DNA of 64,000 nt from Trichoplax sp. H2 (taxonomy: Eukaryota). The DNA lies in NCBI GenBank assembly GCA_003344405.1, contig NOWV01000001.1, forward strand, positions 1,116,001 through 1,180,000. Reading direction: 5' to 3'. Below, piece after piece: positions 25,923 to 38,692 of this stretch; the first letter of the stretch is position 1; every line of letters begins with the position of its first letter. Made by a program: the position numbers and the translations under genes. A model generated the notes under the pieces. It worked only from the letters and a program-made list of their open reading frames with translations, was not told the origin of the DNA and did no database searches.

Positions 25923-28900
25923 AACATCGATGACTGTAGCGTAATTCGTTCTAAATTGAATGCCATTTCTAACTTAAAATGAATACTAACAAATCTCTCG
26001 ATTTAATGATTTAATAAGTGTTCTTGTCGAGATGACTGTAACTAACCCTAATCTCAACCAAAATTAATACTGAAAATATAATAAAATCAATACATTTGAT
26101 TTTTTCACTGAAAGACTATTCTGGGAATGCCTACGGCTCCTGTATTAAGAAATGATTTATAGACTCCAATTAGGCTAGGAATACGGTTATTTACTGTAAA
26201 TCTAAAGCTGAATTATAAGATTTCGATATCAGCTACGACTCAAATATCTGCAATGTACCCATCTGTAGCGTATATTTATTATATGCCACAGAGAAATATC
26301 TACAAGACAATGCAAGTCTTTCATAAACTCCAGTAGAATATAATTTCGAAATTGAGACCTTAACTTTATTTAACACTATTGGGCTGATCTATCTCCTAGC
26401 TTAGCAACAAGTTATTATCAATAACGTTTAAAGAAGCCAAACAATACTAACCAAGCAAGCTGTTTTTCTTAGTGTTGTTGACATACCGAAGGTGGTGATT
26501 CATCGAATCACCTCCAAAAATATGCCGACTGCATATCACCAAGGTCAATAAATCCAATTCTAGCCTATAATACAAGAAATATACGAGCATATTGAAATAA
26601 TGGATGACCTATTGCCCATCGTTTACTTTCAATAGATGGGAAATAATTTTTTCAGTACAAAAAGTACGAATGCTACTATAGAGGATAATTACTCTGAGGA
26701 ATAGGTAGGTGCTTGATTCAGAGCATAAGGTAATCACTCTAGGCAATATGATTGTATATCGACTTAAGTTAAATAAACTGTATTTATAATGTATCAAGGT
26801 TAGAACTAAGCCTTCATATAGTCTGTTAAATCAATATGGAGTGTAAACTTAGAAGGCTATTATCGGAGTTCAATCGGTCCGGATTTGGAATAAAAATATA
26901 GCCTAAATTATTGAACATTACATGCAAATTTTAAGATAGTGTAGTACTGCTCAATTTATGTCCTGTGCAATTGCTGTTACAGATCTGAATGAGTAATAAA
27001 AGCAATTACGGATAAACATTCTAACTTCAATGATAAGGTTATCCAGTACTAATACATCGGAATAAATGCACTTTGAATGATTTAAATGCCAGCAAATTTA
27101 CCCATAAAATGCCTTTTTAAAATGTTTTTCTCTTTCTGGTGGAGTCGAGTAGAAGCATGCACACATGATGCATATTTATGACTTTCTTGTAATTGTTTTC
27201 CTGTTGTTTTCATGAACATATGGATAGAATAAATATGTCTTTTATACTATAAGTCATTCAGAAGTCTTCTGCTCCAGACTGACTTATTCTGCCACCTACG
27301 AAATTAAGATTGTTAATTTAATCATCCGTATTAACAAATATAAATGGTATTTTGTAATTTAAAGTTTAAGAAGGGTTTTACTAGAAGGCTAGAATCAATA
27401 CCAATCTATTAAATTCAGAATAACTGTTAAGTATTGATTTAATGTTTATTTCAAGTAAACCAACACATACCCACAAATACACAGAGACAATTGTAGCATC
27501 GATTCATGGCGATGACTTAAAATGATGCTTAGTAGTGTTATATTAATGTTGTTGCAATAGCATTGTACTAAATTAATATTCATCGCACGGCAAATATAAC
27601 AATTACGTCAGGATGAGTGGTTTCACTGTTTCTTTCTAACTATACCATCATGGTGTTGATTTATTATTTATACAGTATATTAATTATGAGTTACTAAATT
27701 CTTTATTAGATTAATAATATCTAGTACAAGTAAAGTTGTCCGTTCAAGTTATTAGATGTCAATATTTCTATAGATAAATATTTTAACTTATAATATATAC
27801 GATAAGTAGTTAATTTGAATAGTCCGTTATATTCGTAATTGACTGCAATTTACCTTAAGTTAAAGAAGATTGGATGTATCGATGAATATGAAGACTGTTG
27901 TCTTATCCCAAATAGTAATTCTAGCAGTAATCAACTGTTTTATTGTAATTCTTTATAGCAAATGTTATGCATATCCTCTCAATTCTATTAATATCATTAA
28001 AAATGAATTAATTATTTATAGGCTGTGAAATGGCCAAAAACTAAAGGAAGGCTATCCTATAATACAGCGTTAAAGCCAACTCAAATAGCCTCAACTCTGA
28101 TCTTGCTAAATACTTACTATATGCCAAATATCATTGCTTATTAGCAGCAGAAAGATCGCTATTGCGCATTTATTATTTTACTAACTTTTTTTGTAGCTCT
28201 TTGGCACTTTAATATCACATATACTATACTTACGCTTTCTAAATCTTCCTGTCCAAGAATACGATATTCACTACTCTTTGCAACTCAAGTTTGCAATTAT
28301 TAAATAGCTGAAATTTCAGTAATGCATTTCACGTTAGAAAGACCATGTTAATTACTAGGATTCAGACCAACAAACAGTAAACGAGCAGTTTTCATGCATA
28401 ACTAAAAGTGATCGATTTTAAAATATCTTAGATTCTTCTTATGACTTCTTGAAAAAAAATAGCGATTTGCATGATGGCCACAATATAGTATTTTATTTAT
28501 GCGAGTAATATAATAGAAGCTTATAAATAAAATTGATAACTATTAGCAAAACTGATCGCAGACAAGCAATATGACTTTACTAAACAGATTTATTTGTAAC
28601 ATTTCATGCATTATATTGTCATGTACGTATATGCTACCAAGGATTTTGCACAGTAAAGCGAAGGTAACTCTGTTACTTTCATTGAATTGATTGATTATTA
28701 AATGTATCTGCCGCAAGTAACAGTATACTTGAACACTTGCAGTGGGGGTAGAGGCAGGTTATGTAGTAGACTAGAAATATAATAAAATAGCAAGTACCGG
28801 TATAAATTATTCTTGTCTATGTACTCTTATGCGTGATTTAATTAAAACATTTTCATTATCGAATGAATTTGAAATAAAAACTGTTAAAATAAAAATCGGG

Positions 28901-29361
28901 AAATTAATCTTACAGATATACAATCATAGGTGACTTAGAACAAAGATCTTCTACGCTTTTTTTCGAGCCTTTGATACTTTGCAAATTTAATAAAATCATG
29001 ACTCGATACTAGAGGCTACAAAGCTACAAAATTTTTTCCATGGATACCCGTCGACTATAATTAGTCAAATACAAAGTTTCAGATGTTGGTTCAATACAAG
29101 CGCAGGTAAAATCGATTAAAGCTTTACAATAATGGATAAAGAATGTTCATTTTGGAGGATTAGTCTTCTAAAAGGCTTAGTGATGCTCTTGGTTAGTAAC
29201 ACCGGCTAATTATAGTTAAAATTAACGAAAGCATAAAGAAAAATAACAAGACAGATGTGTTAGAAATAGTGAGCAGACTGCCATGATGAGACCCTTGATT
29301 AATAATTCCTTTATTTTATATTGACGATGTCGAATAAAACTAGTGAAACATTGAGAAAAGC

Positions 29362-32300
29362 CTAAACGTTGGGATTGGTTGAAGATGTTTCTTGGCCATC
29401 TTCGCTAGTATTAAATACAAAATCATTATTTTTATTGGGTTTAGTCTCTGTTTGAAGATCTTTTTTCTCTACTCCTACTTGCATGATATCCCTTATCATC
29501 TGAGATTGCCGGCGGATACGCATCTCTCGTTTCTCTCGCTTTTTTCTCTCGCATCGATCACATAAATAAGTAATAATTTCGCATAGAGTGATGATACTAG
29601 CGCCAATAAATAATCCTAATTGACCTCCTACATCACCTTGAATGAGCATATACATTTTTTAATGTTGATGCACATCTATTACTCTATATCATCTTGATAC
29701 ACTAAGCTGGGCTTTGATATGATTTACTGACAGATATACGTATTCCTTGAATAGGAATATCCTATAACCAGTAGTAATTTATCTTGTAATAAAAGATACG
29801 TAGAGTGACTGTCAATAAAATTGATTTATTCTAACTGAAAATATGCTGATATATTATTAGAAAAGTGATCTTACTGAAAGAATATGTTATTATTATTCTA
29901 AGTTACCAATCAATGCTGGAACAATCTACAATCTATAAGGCTTTAATAAATAGTTAATTATGCGGCAAATCAACTTTACTAACTTAAAACTTGGGCGTAT
30001 CCTGTTGCTTTAGACTCCGTCGTTGTTGATGTTATAAGCTCTCGAAAGTAGACATCCAAATAAATTAAATTTTCTCTAAAATCAGAATGTAAGTAAACGT
30101 ACGGAAAGATTACTTAATTTTAGTGCTAGATTAAAGAAGTACTGTGACATTGTTATATACTGTATTAGAGTAGAAATATCTATGTTAGGATGATTCTGTT
30201 AGCCTATCCTTATTTAGTTAACTTCTAATTTGGATATACTGTGTTTTAATATAGCACTGATTTATTATGACAGTGGCATAGATACACATACTGAAATTAA
30301 TAGTTATAATAGGGAATGCAAATGATCTACTTACAGTTCGAATCATTGTGATTGTAACTTACTTATAGTAGACTGTAAATTATCGTGGAAATGTTCCGTG
30401 ATAGGACATATCGTAATTTGACTATTCTGTATTAGTCATCAGATGTCTATGTTCGTAAATACTGTTGTCGCCATTAAGGGAGCAGTAGCTATAATTAATA
30501 TCTAATTCAGTAAATGATTCCAAAGTTAATCGTACTAACCAGGACTCATGAACTATTGAGGAAGAGTATATAAATGCAGTATATCGTGTAATAAAGAGGA
30601 TTCTTAAACTTAGTGTTTAACGTAAATTACGAGGCGTCTAAGTCTTTGTGTAGTCTGCTAGTAGACCAAAAGTGTTTCTGATAGTGCAGATATCGTTCCT
30701 TGATACGTGGTTCAAGGAATTGACTTATTGATCGTATGTTACGTTATCTTGTTGCAAAGCTGTTTTGTGACAAGTACATATCATTAAAGCTCACTTTCAA
30801 TGGTCTATGTATCTAAATGAAAATCTCAAAATTATTTATGAATAGATCAGAACGCTATCTCACAAATTATGTTGGATCTGTAAATTGCATGAAACAACAC
30901 TTTTTTAAGTTGACTGATTGTTACTACTTGTGAACTAAAGCTAACTTGATGATATTATGGAGAGTAGTCATTTTGCTTTAATAAATTTAGGGTAAAAAGC
31001 TAAAATTACCCTAGATGCTACCTCTAGTATTGGCACATCTCAAACCAGATATTTAAACATCTGAATAACTATTTATAGTGGTAAGCAAGGACTTTAATAA
31101 TTTGCTATTCTTATCGCTTTATCAAGATAAATTGGCTATTGGCACATTTCAAGTCAGATATTTAAACGTCTGAATAATAATTTATAGTGACTTGCATGAC
31201 TTTAATAACTTACTACTCTTGTCATCTTAATAAGTCAAGATACATTGGCTAATTTAGTTGGATTTTCTTTAAAAAATGAGAATCGATCATGTCAGGTATG
31301 TTTATATACATACTACTATTGGAAAGCATCATGATTAAATGATATCTACTGTAGATAAAGCTATAATTAGATCAGATGAAAGCTATTAAACTGGATGGAA
31401 ATAATTGAATTATAACCGGAAATAGTTAACGTTGAAGGTAAAGATTTGATCTGTCATGCCAAAATTAGAGTTTACATCATCTTACCTATCGCAACAACCT
31501 ACCGAATAAAGGCTTCTGAGGTATAATTTGGGTATTTTGAGGGATCGTTCTTTACCGAATCTAATAAATTGGCCAACTTGCCATTATGACTACTCGAATC
31601 AATTATGGCATTGGTGGCAATACCGGCGTAAGATAAGATGATTGGATATTCAGTTTGCTGGCATGGATACGGACAAAATGAGTTCAAAGTTTTTTTGTTT
31701 TCTGTATTAACTGAACGGATTCAAAGAAATTGAATTAAAGAAATGAAATAGCAATTATAGCTAAATGCTTATTTTGTATTAGTAATATTGAATTGATATA
31801 GATAATCATTGCAATTATGAACATATTTCCGTTTTTAGGCAACATATTTATTCACAATATCATTTTATAGCGTACTTAATTTCGGTATGACACAAGTAAA
31901 TGATTCTGAAATCGTACAAGGTGGCTTGCCTTTCAAGAAGGAAAAATAGAAATAATTCATTTTGCATCAATATAACTTAAAGTGTACAAGTAGAGTAAGT
32001 AGCTAAAAAACTAGAAGTCATTAAAACCTGCTATTATCACGCTAGGAGAGTTTATAATGAGATATTTATGTATAGAATTGCTGCTATAGCTAATTCACCT
32101 GTTGCTTGCTGATAGCTACAGTTGCATTGCTGAGCAGCTAGATTGGCTTCAAATTCTCGTCTGCAAGCACTACGTGAATAATAGCGAAAGTATTGAAGAT
32201 TTTTCTGGCCACATTCACCCCATGGAGGACCTAAATTAGATAGTACCTAATGCACCAAATTGTTAGCTCATATTAATAATCTGTTGACCGACAGTGGGAT

Positions 32301-34795
32301 AGGATATATAAATTATTATGATAATAACGAAATAAAAAATGAATTTTAACATTTGATTGTATTATTAAATATCAAAGATAGTTATGGAGAGGAGATTTCA
32401 GGTATGGCTTGGTAACTGATAGATGTGTAAGATAGTACTAGGTAGTAATATTGAATGATTAAAGACTGGTCTTTCAAATACAATTTTAAGCCTAGCGCTG
32501 AAAGATTCTATTGTTCAAATGGATCTTGATTTCTCACTTAAATACTTTTGATATCGATCATAAAATACACATGATATTTTCCTAATCATTTGATGGGCAT
32601 AAAATAAACCTACATGTGTGTCGGTAATGGCAATATAACCATGCATTCCAGGAGGCACAAAGACGCCACGAGAACCCATATTTGCTATTTCATTGTAATG
32701 GTGCACAGAAAGGCGAATTCCAGCATCAGGTGTTAGAAATGATAAAGGTAATGTGGGATAAACATATTGCTGTACATTAATCGCTAATCGCAAGCCATGG
32801 GAAGATCCACTTATTGTCTGATATAGCAAAGGATATCCTTTCTGACCTGGAAAACATGGAAATGGCAAGTAACCATCCGTTAAATTTCAGAATTGGTTAT
32901 AAATGAATTAAAGCTCCATAAGTATAACTTTGTTGTTTTACAAGTCTAAATTGCTCAATATAAATTTCGTGGATAAATTGAAATCAATTCCATCAATACT
33001 ACAGATTAAAATGGCTTAATGATTCTGTAGACATCGATTCTTACATATCCGAACTATAGAATTGGTTGACCAAAAAGGCTAGTTTGTTAATTATATTATT
33101 TACAATCATAGATCAGACCAGTTTAAAATTTAAAATTTAATACATAGATAGCTGGATCAATTTAATCACTACTATGGATTAAATTTTGTTTCAGAATATT
33201 ACAAAAGTAATTTATTCATTCATTTCCGAGCATTTTGCGATTAGTTTATTTTTGACTACTTACAATGTCAAAATATTATTTATTACCGATTAAAATAATG
33301 TAAAATTTCAACGAGTAATGACTTATACATATTTTATTTTTTCATATTTGGAAATCGATCCTCCTATGGCCAGCTACGCTAAATGTAGAGGTCAATTTAA
33401 CTATTGCTATAAACTATCATAATTGAAAGACTTTATAGAAAACTACTGCTATGAAATGGATACAGCTCAACTTTTGAAAATAAATCACATATACTTAGTT
33501 ATAATAATAAGAAAATTGACTAAATTATTACCGTAGATTAAAATATTTTAAAAACTAAATGAAACATCTTTTGGATAGGCTTCAAAGACCTACAAATTAA
33601 GTACGATAGCTTAAAGCAGACTACAATAAATATGGAAACCAACTAGGCTGCTATAAAATAAGATAATTTAAGATTCAGTTGTGCATGATTTTTGCTAAAC
33701 TTAATGTCTACGAATTAATTAGCTAAAAAACTAGCTACGCTATGTAGAAACAACCATATTATAATCATACATTAACGTAATTTTATTGGTCAATAGGGAA
33801 CGATTTTTAATATGTACAGTATTGTAAAGCTAAGTAATTATGATTGTAACGTAACATTAGATGAGTTTATAACATTTAATATGAATATGTAATCATTCTG
33901 TTACTAATATGATGTACAAGAATTCACTGTGTGAAATAGCATAACCTAGATCATATCCTAAATATACTATATCTAGTAAAGTTTGCGTGTCACGATAGCA
34001 TATTATGTTATTAGTGGAAGTATATAAGCATAAGTTGAGTTATAAAAAGGGCTAATTTAAAATCTACTCTCGAATTAGCTAACTTGTAAAATGATAATGT
34101 AGATACATAATAATTCTTATACTCGCATATCATAAAAAATCACTCTGCTTGGATCAATTATAAGTTTAAAACTACTTTAAAATCGAATAGCCAAATATAT
34201 GCATCAAACCTGAATTAAAGGTATAACAAGTGCCATAATCAGTAATTACTTGACTAAAATTAGCCGATCCACAAGGTTCTTCTCCCCACTGACAAGATAC
34301 AATCATATCTTCTGCTTTAAATCGATATCTTGCAACATACTCTTCAAGACTGAAATTTTTGCCATAAACGCGATTAAAATAATTTTCGGCGCTCTGTAAC
34401 TCTTGGTGCGTTATTTGATTTTTGGCATAGTAATGCCGATAGAGCAACATTGCATATTTTAACTCTTCTCTTGTATTGTCTATGCTAGCTATTAAATTGG
34501 TATTGCAAAGAGTAACTGATGGAAATAAAGACTGGGTATTGTATTTGACTTTGATATTAACGCGTGTTGGATATAAAGAGGCATCGTAGACAATGATACA
34601 GCATTGGACAAGACAAGCAATAGTCGAAACTAATGTAATGCCAAACCACATGCTACGACGAGATCCCTTAGTTTCAAAGATATGGGCAACGCCATGGCAA
34701 GTTGTTGAAGTAGCAAAGTTTTCCTCTAGATCAAATGATACTGTATCTGTTTGACCATTAGATACTTTGCGCGGATTTTCGCTTTTAGAACCCAT
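29362..34795 (-). CDS. ASIC-like DEG/ENaC channel subunit, array copy 3 (~531 aa)
   Basis: Exons 34795-34210, 32846-32614, 32246-32099, 31929-31876, 31710-31503, 30075-29984, 29636-29362 join in frame. [28 protein letters not shown]2 [14 protein letters not shown]. Confidence 0.95.
31028..31250. repeat. Tandem duplication, ~109-bp unit x2, in intron 5 of channel 3
   Basis: TATTGGCACAT..CAGATATTTAAAC.TCTGAATAA..ATTTATAGTG occurs at 31028 and 31137. Confidence 0.8.
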
Positions 34796-36919
34796 AACAC
34801 ATCAGCATATAGTCCTAGAATCACAAGAAACAGCGATATGCAATTAAAAATTTTTTAAGAAGCAAATATCATTTGTCGATTATACTTATAATTAATAAAA
34901 ATTGTCATCTTTAACTTTGGTTAAAATATTGTCGGTATCTTAAAATATTTATCTAGTTCTGTAGAATACCGTATCAAATATGATCGAACAATTGTAGTTA
35001 TAGAACCTTAAATTAGGCTTATTCAGCTCAGTTTTGACCGATATTACCAGTTTGGAATATTAAATCTTAGGGCATAAAGTTGTGATGATCAATAATATCG
35101 AGCTCAAATTTGTTATTTATCCTAATATTGGGTAAGATACGGTTATTAGCTAGAAATAAAATGTTCTAGCCGTGTACCGTAGCTAAAATTTTTCTGAGTA
35201 GACAATCGAAAAGAATGTTTAAAATTTGGCTATTCTTGCAATAAGGAAAGGTCAAGTATAGGTTTATAGGTATATTTTCTTGACGAGGACTAATGTTGAC
35301 TATTATAATTATTCAACTTATTTTCCTTTCTTTTACGAATTAATCTGTGGTAACAGACGGAAATTTTCTCGTTACACTATGAAAATGGAATTTCTTTAAA
35401 ATTTTGCATTTTTACTTTTATGCAATGAAGATCATAGTAGAACGAGTAGCACTGCTATATGCTGGACGAAAACTAGTGTCGATTATGGCGAATATTAAAT
35501 TAAACTTATTTTGATCTGATTCCTGGATAATCCTTCAGAAAGAATGATGGGTTTTAAAATTTACTATGTTTATAACCGAATGTGATATAATCTATCTTTG
35601 CGATAATATATATTTTTTACAAGATTACTACTGTACTAATTGCTACGATTATTATATTACTTGATTTTCTTACTTTTGGTATTGAAGTATAATAAAATTA
35701 CCTAATTAATTGATGCAGATTCTGAATAGTCCATCGATGAGGAGTGGGATCACCTTAATGTGTTGTAATTTTAACTTCTAACAGTGATCGATTCAACGCA
35801 GTCAGGTTACGATCGAGAAAAGGTTATTAATCTTGTTGCTGTTTGAAACCGACTCTGGGCGCAGTTTATTTAATAAATGAAATAAAAAGTAATAAAGCGA
35901 ATAGGAATGGCAACCACTACAACTGGCATTGTTCAGAATGTTAGCAATATGTTATATTAATAGACCAATATGGTAAGAAGAAAAAAATTTTAGACTTAAG
36001 GCTAGCAAAATTTTAACTGGGTAAATACGTAATTAAATTAAGGTCCCACAATATAGACGGAAGTTATCCTTAATAGCCATAATCATTTTCAGTTTACGAG
36101 TACTGTGTAGCTAAGGAGCTTAATCTGGGATCAAGCTCTTAGGTATTTTACTATTATGCCAGCTAGTTTAGCATACGTATGGCAAAAAGTGGAATTACTG
36201 CCATTCGTCAATCCTCAATAAAAGATGTCCTCATCTATATAATTTAAGTGGCGTTCACAAATCTCTCCGATTATATATGATATTATATATCGTAGCCTAC
36301 AGCACACTTTTAAAATTGCTCTATCCCTATTTTAGCCTTTATAAATTGCAAGATAATTGACGGTATATTTTGTATTATGGCTGCTTGAAAATAAAAGAGT
36401 TGCTTATACTTCTTTAGGTAGGTCTACTCAGCAAAAAATATTTATCCTTATCCCTATCCACTAATTCCATAAAATCATACTAGTATGCTTATTCATTGAT
36501 AAAATTTCTGAAGATTACTAAACAAGAGTGATACCACAGGTGTATGCGATATTTTACTAACTAGTAGCATAGATTAAGATATATGGTACATGGCATATAT
36601 CTAATGACCATGGTGAAGGTAATAGAAGGGCTGGTAAAGTAGGTGACTAAGGCTGTGCTCAAGCCAGGAGTAACACATTGGTGTTGTAACCTGTAGTAAT
36701 ACGGCCATAATAACAAGATTAATTTTCACTTATTAAATTTCTGAAAGGAAACATTTTTTGGGAATTAAAATTACATAGTACCGGTACTTGTTTAGTAGCG
36801 ATTTCATTAGAGTGTTATTCTTTCGCCCTTAAGAAAGGGGCTTGATAGCTTTTGCTGATTCAAATTGGTTTGCGATTGTGGCAAAAACCTAACCGCAAAG
36901 AAAGGGATTGTACTCGTAT

Positions 36920-37530
36920 ATGTATGAGAACTCGCTCTAAATTCGATTGTCAATCCTTGAATGCAATCATCTTGATGTTGCTGCATCTTATGGCAACATA
37001 ACAGCTATTTATCTGGATAGAACGAAGATTTAATTTCTATGTTTGCGAAATCACTCAAATTGAATTATTCACTGTTGGACAAAATTATCCCGATATTGCG
37101 ACAATCTCCCTGGCTGTAATCACCCTGATGTTGTAAGGTCATATTATAACATCAGCTTAGCCTATACTGATCAAGGCAAGCATGTAGAAGCTATTTAAAC
37201 GAATGAAAAGCCGCTCAAAATTCGTTTTATTAGCCTTTAGTCAAAAACGTCCCGATGTTTCTGCATTATGCAACAATATCGGAAATGTTAATAGAAAGCA
37301 AGGCACGCATGAAGATGCTCTTTCTATGTATAAAAAATCACTTAGAATTCAGCTTTCAGTACTTGGCTGCAATCACCCTGATATTGCAAGATCATATTGT
37401 AACATCGCTCTTACCGATGCCAATCAAGGCAGGCATAAAGCCACAGCACTTATGCGCGATAAGTAGTTCAAAATTCTATCATTAGTGCATGGACATGACC
37501 ACCCTAATATTACTGGATCATATGGCAAGG
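36920..37530 (+). pseudogene. Decayed fragment of the 42-aa TPR-repeat family
   Basis: Clear homology to the 47255-51280 units (e.g. HEDALSMYKKSLRIQLSVLGCNHPDIARSYCNI), with in-frame stops (CTC TAA ATT for CTC AAA ATT; GCT ATT TAA) and frameshifts. Confidence 0.85.
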
Positions 37531-38007
37531 TATAATGCAATAAAGTATGACTTCATATTTCTCATAGCTCAGTAATTGATTTCTAGAAGAAACTGTCTTT
37601 GAACAGAACCACGATAGCTGTAGATACCATTAAACACATATTAAAAAATCTTTATTAACATTTCTACAAGACCAAAAAACTCGAAAATTAATTCTCCAGT
37701 TTTGAAGTAATCAAGCGCTAGTACTGGAAGCAACGGAAGGTCTCGCATATAATATAATTTTATCCAACAAAGTAAAAAAACTCTATTTCGAGATATAATA
37801 GAAATACATAATCTGTTTGAATAAATTAAAGGTTACGCATCATATATTCAATTACTTCAATCTAGTAAGAAATTTTAGATACATAAACCTGGTATAATAT
37901 ACAATTACACTTGCATGTCTTGACGTCTATATTAAAACACCGTTAGGCTGAACTGTGCTATCTTTTAAAAACAAAACTAACGTAGCGAAATGTACTACCT
38001 GAAATCT

Positions 38008-38205
38008 TGTAGTGCTTAGGTTTTACAGCCCCTTAGGTTCGCAATCGTCTAACTCAAAAACCTAAAGTCATTAAAATTGAGCAAATCTCTAATGTGACAC
38101 AAGATTTCATCATCAGCAATCATGAAATTACCTTATATGCATAGTAGACTATTCTACTTCTTAATGCTACCGTAATTCAATTACTACTGTAATTAGCTGA
38201 AACTA
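38008..38205 (+). repeat. Direct repeat copy R1, 3' of channel 4
   Basis: Matches 43214-43309 plus 43572-43668 (CCCCTTAGGTTCGCAATCGTCTAACTCAAAA; ATCATCAGCAATCATGAAA; CAATTACTACTGTAATTAGCTGAAACTA). Confidence 0.9.
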
Positions 38206-38692
38206 ATACTACAAATCTATACTAGAAAATGTACTGTATTGAAATATTTATTTAATTACATATTTGGCTAGGCTAATGCGAAAACGTATAAAGACTCTGA
38301 GTTTCATGTCACTTAATTTTAAGATATAACATTATCGTATATATCATAGTACATTTTGCAAAGTGATACATTAGTCTGCAGCTATGGTACTCTGATACGG
38401 GCAAAAATTGCTAAGGTAAACTTTGAACCAAGTAGAAGATGATTTCAAAATATATCAGTAGACACACATTGATGTTCACGTTATGGTGCCATACAGTAAG
38501 CTAGCAAGCAAGATACCAGCTCAAAATCTGTTGCTATAGTATAAAATCTTGATTTATACACCCCATTTTCCAGATATGGTAACATATTTTGGCCCATACA
38601 TCAAAGTTGTGTTAAACTTTAAAAGCTGCCAAGCTAATTATCAAGAACATGTAATGTATTAAATGAATCCAAGTATAGACCAGATACTGTAA